Assembly: GCA_046563655.1 (NCBI GenBank) | Contig: CM102290.1 | Coordinates: 8,122,001 to 8,186,000 of the forward strand | DNA from: Yuukianura sp. NJ FZ-2021 | Taxonomy: Eukaryota | Length of the DNA stretch: 64,000 nucleotides | Direction of reading: 5' to 3' | Part shown: positions 53,656 through 64,000 of the stretch, one piece after another | How the letters are laid out: every line of letters starts with the position of its first letter | How positions within the stretch are numbered: the first letter of the stretch is position 1 | Translations under genes and position numbers: made by a program | The notes under the pieces: model-generated | The model's database searches: none | What the model was told of the DNA's origin: nothing | What the model saw: only the letters and a program-made list of their open reading frames with translations

Positions 53656-55430
53656 ATGGAGAAACCGACGATTATTTTGGATAATGGTGGAGGGTGTTTG
53701 AAGTACGGCTTTGCCAACGAAGAGAAACCGGAGTGCAGGTAGGTTGTTGTGGTTGTAATTAATTCTCTTTTTACCTTGTAATCGATCAGGAGGTTAACTA
53801 ATTACAGTTCACGACGCCTAGTAAAAAAATGAAATACAATATCAATTAATTTTGAAATCTTTCGAAGATTGATGCCAAACTGTATCACGAAGTCACGCAG
53901 CGAACGACGCCGACCGTTCATTGGGCGTCAACTGGAGGATTGCAGGGACACTTCCGGCTTATTCTATGTTCTTCCATTCCAAAAAGTAAGAGCAATGGCA
54001 ACTTCCGGTTTCTTTTTCCAAAGCGCCATTCGCTTGCGGATCGTGCAATACATGTGTGAATTTTTTATGTAGGGTTATTTATGTGCCCCAGATACGCAGA
54101 AGATCATCTGGGACTACCTTTTTGGACCAGAGTGTCTGGGAATAAATTCTATAGAAGCAAACATCCTTATTACGGAACCGGTTCTAAATTTTGTCTCGGC
54201 ACAGGAAGTTATGTGCGAGCTCTTGTTTGAAGAGTACGATTTTTCGGGTGTTTGCAGAACTTCAGGTACTTTCAAACGACTGGTACGATTTTTATTATCT
54301 TATAAAGACTATATTTGTACTTCTTCGCCTCGATGTAGCACCACATCTCACAGACTACAAGTTCTCAATGGATAACCCTGCTGATATACTATGCAGCTTA
54401 GTCGTCGACAGTGGTTACAGTTTTACTCATATCGTTCCGTTCATTAACGGTCAAAAAATTGACGAAAGTGTTCGTCGTATTGACGTGGGAGGAAAAGTTC
54501 TTACAAATTATTTGAAGGAAGTCCTTTCATACAGGTAAATTCTTTTGATATAATAGAAATGAAGCCATGTAATAGAATTTGGTTGATTTCTTTTGATAGC
54601 ATTTTGTGTGTTACAGACAATTGAACGTTCTAGACGAAACGTACTTGGTAAACAATGTAAAGGAAGAGCTTTGTTTTGTTTCTACCGATTTGAAGAAGGA
54701 TTTCGAAACTGCAAAGTGTCGGTTACCGGAAAACACTATTCTTAGGGAATATATACTTCCAGATTACAGCAACGTTAGAAAGGGGTACGTCCGTCCACTC
54801 GAAGAAACTGGGACGAAACCAGCGAGCAATGATAACTTCACGCAACAGGTGAAGATAATGTGTTAACGCTGAATACTTGTTCGGTAATAGGACCAAAGAA
54901 TATAATAATGTGTCGGAATATTTCGGAATTTCAGTTGCTGAAAATGAATAGCGAGCGATTTACAATTCCAGAAGTACTGTTCCATCCTTCTGATGTAGGC
55001 ATTGACCAGATGGGGATTTCCGAAGCAATTGTCTCTGTTATTCGTTCATTTCCGGAGAATATGCATCCACATTTGTTTAACAGTATAGTGTTATGCGGTG
55101 GTAATGCCAAGATACCTGGATTTGCCGAGCGCGTAAGAGAAGATGTTCGAAAAGAGTCATCTTTCTACTATGATGTTTGCGTTCACTGTGATGAAGAGTA
55201 AGTACTTTTGAAAAAAAACATATTAACGTCATTTCACATTCAAAACTTAAAAAAAATTGTATATTAGTTCTTTTATTTATGAAATCGTTTTTAATTTCAG
55301 TCCTACCATATACGCCTGGGAAGGAGGAAACAAGTTCGCATTTGACCCCGAATTTAGCAAATTATTGGTGACAAAGCAACAGTACAACGAGTGTGGTTTA
55401 TCTGCGTTCAAATCCAAATGCGACCTGTAG
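53656..55430 (+). CDS. ACTR6: Actin-related protein 6
   Basis: [107 protein letters not shown]. Confidence 0.96.
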
Positions 55431-55656
55431 GGTCTGGTTTCCGTATGAGCCTCTCCATTTCTTTAATAATTTGATAGGTAAATAATATTTGACGATTCAA
55501 CAGTTTTTGTAAGCAACCTTTTCTAGATAACTTCCGCTATTATTTTCTACTCAATAAAGACTAGAACAGCATTACAATGTGCCGTTATGACTACAAGACA
55601 AGAAAGTTTGGCCCCGGACTAACCACCACCACCGCCATCACCCTCATTTCAGAAGT

Positions 55657-58192
55657 TCAACGGTCAACTACTGTATGGGCATTGACAAGATTGTCGTCTT
55701 CGTCGACGTCAGCTTCATCGTTAATTTGTATTCCTTCTCGAAGCATATGCGCAATTCCTTGGATATCGACTGTTTCATCTTGTTCGTGGATTTTCTTCAA
55801 AGCGTTACGAACAATACACAGATCACCACGAAGCTCTGAAACAAGCGCGCAAATCTTTTGAGCGTTGCTCAAAATGTCGACACTTTGCGTATATGCATTG
55901 TACCGGACACCAAACGGTCTCTGGATAGTCCCTGCAAATGCTCTGGAATTTGAATAGATCAAGTAATTCAATCACTGTTTTCAACTTGATTGTAATTAAA
56001 TATATACGCATTGTTCCCAGTTTCGGTCACTTTTCAGAATTTTTATCCAAACCGCCTGAAGAGTCTGGACCGAAATGCACATAGCAATAAACACAGGCGC
56101 CATGTGCCCAAATTTTCAAATCTACCGCGCCTCCTATAAGGTGAAATTACTTTCTGTCATTTCGGTAGACTGAAAAGTCCAAAAAGATGCTTTCGGGCAG
56201 GCGACTGGAATGTTCAGTGACTGAAACTGGAACACTACTGCATATATGTTACCTCATTTTGTCTTTTGCTTCCTCGAATGTGTCCGTGTAGTAGTACACG
56301 TTCTGGTAAGATGTGATGATGCATTCTTCATGTGCTGTCACTGCAGGATCAAATTCTCTAATTTTCTCCTTTGCTTCAAGGGCATGCTTTAGTTCGGCCA
56401 CAGAAGAAAGCAATCCTGCGCCGTAGACACGAAGCTGTCCTTCTTCTTTGCAAAGTCCGAATTCAATCGTGAAGAAATAGCACTGGAGATTCCAAAAAAA
56501 GGTACAACCATGAATCTTTGTGAACTATTTTAATACTCGGTTAGAAAAGCTCTTTTTATTTTGATTTTTACCGTTGCAATTTTGGAAACTTCGTCTTCAG
56601 ATGCACCCAACGAAGCGAGTCCAATTTCTTGTGAAAATTGTGCAAATGATGGGTTTGCCAGTAGTGGCATGTGACCAAGTAATTCATGACAGCAGTCCCT
56701 GATTATATGAAGTTAGTTAATTAGTATTGTTAATTGTTTTAGTTTTTAATTTATAACTTACGGTTCTGGAGTGTAAAAAGGATCCGAAGAATGCCTGATG
56801 TACTGCGTACAATGGAAAACGCGAAACGCCAACCCAGCAAGAAAATCGCGCGGAGAAAGGTAGCCTGCGACAGGCCGCAGTTGAAATCCAGTTTTTTCTA
56901 TTCATAAATTATTAATCATAATGCAACCATTATTTGAATTTTATAAATTGAATTTGAAAAAAAAAATCTGCTTTTTACTTTTGAGGAATGTGTTGATGTC
57001 CTGAAGTTGTGGCAAATTGTCTTCTCGGTAGCCACATTCTTTAACAAGAAGTGGCCAATTCTCCAAGTACTCCTTACAGGCATAAGAAGGATAGAGACGA
57101 TGAAGTTCACGAAATACTGTCCCCCTGCAGTAATAATTTCAACATTTTGAGTTACTTTGGAAAAAAAAAGATCCTAAATTATGTAAAATTTTAGTTGTAA
57201 TTTACCAAGTCTTGATTTCCTCCCTTGTATACTCAATTCGTGGAATTGGTTGACCACTGCGCATGTATTTCATGAAAATACATAAAAATTTCATCAGTTT
57301 CCTACCTAACGTAAACGTTTTCCACAAAAATGCAAAGACATTACTATTTGTATGACATGGCCAGATCTGCAAAGTATTTTCTTCTTTTACGGTACACTGG
57401 ATCCTTAAATCCCTGGAAAACATTGTAAAAAACATTGTTAAAAACAGCTTCGAAACAATAATAAAAATAATTGTTCATTTGTATGTTTTTTTTTTTTGTA
57501 ATTGAAACTTCATTGCATAACGTTTGTACCGGATGATCAGCGTCCAACTCCGATCCATACATCAAAACTCGCTGGCTCAAATCCAGTTCTGAAATTTTTC
57601 TGGGAAACCATGGCATGTCTCCAAAATCTGTTGAAAATCGTTCCAAAGTAAGCCCAAAATTTCAAAACATGTTTTTATGCAATCTTAAAATTTCAAACCT
57701 ACCGAAACTACTTGTTGATGACAACATAGGCGCTGTACACAATGGAAACTTTTGGCCTTCTTCATATGAAGTCAAATTGATCGCTGCTACTTCTTGGGCC
57801 AAATTCTTCATTATCTCATCCATTAGACGATTGTCACAGTCAACATCTACCATAATTTCAAATTCTGACGGCTTCCGTTTGGACTTTCTGGATTCAATAT
57901 GGATGACGTTAACTCCATTGTCTTCAAACACTTTGAGAGCTCTGGCCAATCCTCCTACTTGGTTTTTCAATGAAAATACGACACAGTTATGCGTCGAGTC
58001 GTCTGGTTCTCCGGCCTAAAGTAGTCCAATAATATGTAAGGACTGAAAGAATTAGTTTTAATCGTGGAGCAGTGCAAAACGTCAGCATTTTACCTGTTTC
58101 TTTCTGTCCATACTTTGCTTAAGGGCCCAGTCCGTACTATCGCCCATTTTGTAAAGCCAGAGGCCCAGAAGCCCTTTGCCGGATCCACTCAT
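55657..58192 (-). CDS. TPH: Tryptophan 5-hydroxylase (neuronal Trh type)
   Basis: N-terminus [15 protein letters not shown] (insect Trh-like), ACT domain [96 protein letters not shown]. Confidence 0.95.
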
Positions 58193-60137
58193 TGTAGTAC
58201 AACAAAGCTAAATTTTGTTATTGCCAAATACTTCAAAATTTTAATCGTTTCAAGAAGAAAATCCAAAGGGCACGGAAACTTTTATAGGTCGAAGTGCCCA
58301 GTGAAGGCCTTGGGCGGCGTCTGATCCGAATTCGGGAAGATGCTGAGAATTATAAGGGAGAAAAACAAAGAAAATCTTTAGCAGCCCCCTCTGTTTGAAG
58401 CACCCCTGGAATAAAAACTTTCTGGAAGGAATACGGGTGATTCACGGTGGGCGTTTTAGGCGAACTGCGGCTGTCGCTGTTTGTTCTTCTGCAATTCTAA
58501 TGGCAATGGAAACGAAAATGACCTTTAACACATTCAGCTCAACTTCAAGCGCTTGATGTCAAGTTCCATGTTCCGCAAAACTTGATCCTATCCATTCTAT
58601 TCAATTCAATTAATTTTGCTAATTTCCAGATACCGAATTTCAGTCTTACTTTGACTTTTAATGAACAAGCATCTTGCTGTACCGGTTTTTTAAATACTCT
58701 TCTATGCGGATCTACTCGTTTGCGGCTAATGCGTACTTTTTTGTTTGGAAATTTTCAAAAATTATTCAACATCTTATGAAAACAGTCATTTAAAGCTGCA
58801 GATTGAAAACTAGGCCAAAACGAAACGCTGTAATTTTTTGGATCTGCTTTCTCTTTGTGTCGATGGCGTCGTCCAGAACTTTCTGTTTCCTTTAGGAAAC
58901 AGCCAATTGACCTAGGTATCATTGCCTCCATGATTTTTAGTAGGAGAAAAGTATCATCTTATTATCATTTCCATTTGAGTCAGTTCAGCATAATGCTACT
59001 CGTGGATCCAATTCCCTCGAGATTTCAAACCGAATCGTTCAAAGAACAACGTCCATTTTTTGCTTGTTCAGAACCAAACCATGAATCCAGCTACGAGTCC
59101 TGCAGGAAGCTCTTATTCACTTCACTTACTCCACGTCTTCAGTGTTGCTCTTAATGCTTTCAGCTGGGATGGAAACGATGAAACAGAATCGCTTAAGAAA
59201 ATTGAATTGATTTTTCCCCGCTATCACCAGACCATGAACTGTGATGTTCCTGCTGTTAAAATTATTCCTATCTCTGTCGAATCTCACTCTCTTACTGTTA
59301 CACATTCCCGTGTAAATTTAATACACTTTCCACCACTACATGGGAATCCAATTTAACACCCACTTTCGCTGTTTTTCCTTTTACTTACGATGCTTACGTA
59401 CAAAAAAAAAACTAAACTTAGATCGACCAAATCCTAAAGCTTTCCGACTTTTCATTTTTGATTTGAATTTTTTTTCTGCAACGATGTCCGTTCCCCTGTT
59501 TTATTTTTATCCAATCATTGATGATTGTAAATTTTTCAAAGGTTAATTTGCAAAGACTTACCGCTAATTAATTTTACAGCTTAAATTTTTTTTCAACAAT
59601 TAGATGACTTAATCGCTAATTACACTCTAACGTTTTTTGCTAACAAAATTGCGTTGTTGACCTTTACACAAATCCGTTCTATCAACAAAATAATTTCTGC
59701 TTTCCATTCACTTTAATACAATTGGTGGACAATTGTTCACCCGTGGAATCAATAACTTGAACAACATGAGCACAGCTTGCATTGTTGCGTCAATTCGCAC
59801 TCCAACTTTTCAACGTTTTTTTCATTTTGAGTATTTCTCCACTCCATTAACTTTCCCGAAGTCTTTGTTTTTATACACATGTTTATAACATTTTAAAAAG
59901 CACAAGTTTTTGATTTGAGAAGCATCAACTATGACACACGGCCTTAAACTAATCAAATTGGCAATTAAGTAATACCAATTATAGTGCAGTTGAGCCAAAC
60001 CACATGTATAATTACAGTTACTGATTGTATGTCCATATGATTACACCGAGTTAAACAAAAGTAGGAACGATTCTGAACTATACCTAAAACTTTCTTTTGG
60101 ATCTTAAGTAGTAGAACGATTTAAATCATAAAATATT

Positions 60138-62069
60138 TCACTCCAAGTAAATGTCTTCAATGGGATACGCCGTTTCCAGAAACTTGTTGTAGAATCGATG
60201 GAAGGCTCTCCTAGTTTTAAAAGGTTAAATCAATAAAACATGTCAAATGAATGACCAAAGGTCAACTTTTTCAAAGTGTGTCCAGGAGGATCCTAAAGTA
60301 AGCATTATCCTTACCCAACTGCCTCTGCTACAGGTCTTGTAGAATCTACAGAGATGAAGACATGACAGGCGAATCTGTTGAGAGTGGGATGCTTCGTGAC
60401 AAATCCAAAGTATCGGTGATCATTAGGATGAAATCCACAGAAGGAAATGTTTTTCAGGGAGTAGAAGTAGTCATGACATGGAGTCGAGTTGGCCTGTTAC
60501 AATTGGAAAAAAAGAATTACAAACTTTTGATGTAACCTGGAACTTACTAAAAGTGTCTAAAGTAACTCGTAAGGTGTAAAAGAAAGTGGAGACTTACGGG
60601 AACTTTCCCTTTGTCGACCATTCGAATCCCTTGATCTGAAATTTCTAGAATACAAGGACGCTTGTGAGTGGCTACATAAGTCTCGACTCCTGTAATTTTC
60701 TTAACAGCTTGGCACAAAACTTCATTTCCTTTGTGATACAACGTTTCAATTGATCCAATGTAATTGGTCAAGTATCTCTCTTTCTTCACTTGGGGAGCAG
60801 AGGGATCAAAGTCATCGTAGTCAACGTCCACGACGTAAGCAGAGGGGAAGATACCCATCATTCCGGATCGTAAATTTACACCTAAAGTACAGAAAATAGT
60901 TTAGCTTTACCCAGAAGCACACGTTTCGTTTTTTTATATTACAATTTGTGAGTATGTTAAAGTTGAAGGCTGACCTTCACACCAGAGGTCATCTGCTTCC
61001 TTCTGCATGTAGATGGGATCTCCTACTTCAAGTTCCAGTTCATCATGGTGTCGCGGAATAAATTTATGGAGACCACGGTGCGTCGCTTCTAGCAACTCCA
61101 ACTGTGTAAATGGAACGCCTGATGATGAAGGAGTTGAGGGTGAAAAAGATTCTAGAATTTTATTTTTAAAATTTATTCAAAATTTGGCAAATTTTGACAG
61201 TACTGCGTCAAGTATTCACTGTAAGAATGAATTTGTTGCCAAAATTACCATTGATAGATCCGACATGCGGAGAGTATGGTTTACTACTACCGTCATCCGA
61301 ATGAATTGTAGAATTTCCTGAATCGAGACTAGGATACTGATCAGATCCAGGGCTCATGTCATCTTCAGCTACGCAGACGAAAATTAAAAAATTTGTATTT
61401 TGTAAAAAAAAAAATTGTACAAGCTTACTTCTAGCAGAGCTGCTAAATTTGAGAACAAAAATTGGGCGATGACCAAACCCGGAATTTGCGGAAGATGATT
61501 TTTCAGATTGGGTTGAAGCAGGGGCGTGTCGTGTTGACCCCGAGAGGTCTGCGTCTAAAAGTTCTTGTGCAAGTGATACTTCCTTTGACCCACTTTTCCC
61601 TAAATTAAATTTCGAAAATACTGAAAAATGCTTTTTAAAAAATGTTCAACTGAGAAACTCACATTGAGTTTTGGAATGTTTTGGAATTTCTGGTAACTTC
61701 CTCCGCTTTCTAATAGGAACAGGACTTTCTTTTTCTGTCCAAAGTTGAAGATCATCTGAGAAGGGCTCTCTGATTGGTTCTAATGAAGTCGTTGCACCAC
61801 TTACTCCAGAGTCATCTTCGTCACCTTGACCTATTGACCCTGTCCTGTGGTCACCACAGTCTGATTCCGTAGGAGATTCGTCCAGTAAATCCATATTTGG
61901 AATTAATCTAACCAACCTTTTTATTAGAAACATGCTTTTCCATAGGAGAGCCAACTTAAAATAAAAGCTGTAATAACAGATCTTACGTGTAGCAGTTTGG
62001 ATTGGCCTTAATATACTGCGGAAGTTTGTCAAAATACTGCCTAAATTCTTCAAATTCACTATCCGCCAT
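60138..62069 (-). CDS. MAPK8IP1: JNK-interacting protein 1 / Aplip1 (SH3 + PTB)
   Basis: MADSEFEEF start, [12 protein letters not shown]3 [63 protein letters not shown], and C-terminal kinesin-light-chain-binding PIEDIYLE*. Confidence 0.94.
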
Positions 62070-62807
62070 ATTCTTTTGGAGCTTTACTCTGCAGTTCTAA
62101 AAGTTCTAAAAGCTATAGACTACGTTATCCTACTTTCACCAACAGCCTACAATCTAATACACTCTGCAGCCAGTCGGTGTTGCTTGTTGAATTAAATTTG
62201 CTAATTGATGAATAAGATTAGTCTGATCTAAAAAGAAGCAAAGGCCTCAGCAGCTGTATTGAATTTGGATTGTGGCTTTCCAACCTTTGCTAACATGCAC
62301 CAAACTTTCTATTGATTTTCTCCTGACTTTCTCCTCGGTATTTCTTACAACATCTTCCAGCGCTGTTTTGTGGCCTTAAAGAAATCAATATTGGTGTGTA
62401 AATGCACTTTATATTCCTAATCCTCCTGCGGAACTGTATCACATTCCCTGGAATTTCCTTCGACTCACAAGCATCTCCGTCCGTTCGGAAACAATCTCAC
62501 TTTCACCCGCATTGTTCAATTTGCAAATTTTATGAGAGGATCTTTCAACTACGTAAAGATTAAATGCTTGCAAAGTTTTGATGTCTTTGAAAGAAAGCAA
62601 CTTCAAAAACGACGAATTTCCGTTCATAAACATTTTTTGTCTTGCATTCCAGAGAAACCAAAATCGTCCAGAATATAAGTTCGCTATTTCAATTCAAATT
62701 TTTCTAAAATTTTAAATCCAATCTTGCAAATTTGTTTCCAAGACCTCCAGCCCTTAGACTCGTCCATCTCCATTTAGCCAAACGTACAATTATCAGTGAT
62801 AATTTTA

Positions 62808-62854
62808 AAAATTTTAGAGGCCAGTGATAATTTATCACTGGCCTCTAAAATTTT
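62808..62854. repeat. Perfect 23-bp inverted repeat with a 1-nt spacer
   Basis: AAAATTTTAGAGGCCAGTGATAA-T-TTATCACTGGCCTCTAAAATTTT. Confidence 0.95.
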
Positions 62855-63455
62855 ACTTTATGTTCTTGGTGCTAACTACCACTATAGTAACTATACACAC
62901 CAATCTCGGTAGCGACTATGCGGTATGAAAACGCGGAATAACATCTCCGCATTAGTATTACACTAGAATAGATAATGTTGACTAGCAAACGTTCTCAATC
63001 GCCACATTACATCATTCGTCTGCCGAGCTTCAGAATTGCATTATTGTTAAAATGATGCCGACAACAGGTTGTTTGTTAATTTAGCAATGTTTTATATTAA
63101 TTTGGGTTTGCATCACTAAGCATTACATAATTTAACAAATGATTAGAGGATAACTTTTAGATTTACATCTACGCGTGAATTTTCCGTCAAATACGTGCAA
63201 AAGTTGAATTTCAGCTTTATTTTTCAAAATTCCAATTCCTCCAAAAGTTAGTGTGAAAGTGAATTTTTCAAAATTTTACTTATTTATTCGCAATGCCCAG
63301 CACAAGTGAAGGTGGTGACCACTATGATGTGTAGGATGCCGTACTAAGACCAATCACAAAATCAGCTGTGAAGGTAAGGAAAAGGACCATTATTGTAATT
63401 TTCGTCGACTTTTTATCGTTTTTGTTAATTTTGTTGCTCTCATTAACCTCGCAAC

Positions 63456-64000
63456 ATGCTTGTGCGTCGTAACCTTATTAACTTGACACCGGTTAATGCG
63501 CCATCATCATCTCTTCAGCCTGTGATAGCGACGGGACCTGAAGAAGACTACGAAAAGCCATACAAGGTAATTTGTCAAAAAGTTATGAAGGTGGACGACA
63601 CAAGTGTTGGGTATTTGGATTCCATGTGTGCTCAGTTATATTTTATACTAGATGATGAAAGCACTGCAAAATCGGCAGCTTGGGATGGTGAACGAAAGGA
63701 CATTTGTGGCAGAACAAGTCAACGAGCGACTCATGAATATGATTCCTTGTATTGACGAATTTCAATTGACGGATGAGTTGTATCAAGTTTTGGAATTGTC
63801 ACACGACAATGAGTTGTATGTAAAACAAGACTTATTCGAAGTACTGTAATGGGATGAGTGAAAACTAAACTGATTTGTTTTGGTTCTCAAAATAGGCTAC
63901 TGGCATCTACTGTAGACGAATTCCAAATATTCAATGCGAAAACATATATCCCGCAATACAAAAAGTTGACATGCCGAGGAAATGGCTTTCTCAATTCTGA
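63456..64000 (+). CDS. Unassigned 3-exon small protein (~134 aa), weak UMP1/POMP-like resemblance
   Basis: Exons 63456-63566, 63652-63840 and 63896-64000 join with GT-AG in phase 0 and stay open to TGA at 63998-64000. Confidence 0.5.

Overview
Compact, AT-rich, intron-containing eukaryotic DNA, most likely arthropod (inferred from the CCAP neuropeptide gene, insect-type Trh and JIP1 N-termini, TTAGG motifs and mostly 55-100 bp introns). Bases 1-14.5 kb and 26.6-33.5 kb are repeat-rich: MITEs, degenerate coding relics and a 5'-truncated CRE-like non-LTR retrotransposon. The rest is gene-dense: SUCLG1(+), PDCD4(-), CNOT3(-), CCAP precursor(+), PLPP4/5(-), BCCIP(+), 2-Cys peroxiredoxin(+), PUM3/penguin(-), BRCA2(-), ARP6(+), Trh(-), JIP1(-) and an unassigned small gene(+). 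Most notable: a ~625-aa BRCA2 with one BRC repeat and no helical/OB1 (DSS1-binding) module, lying ~10 kb from BCCIP; a variant CCAP (TFCNAFTGC) split by an intron and missed by the ORF track; a peroxiredoxin with unusual, possibly alternative N-termini; and a dual-frame leader on PDCD4. All gene models were spliced by eye and family calls come from recalled motifs, not database searches.
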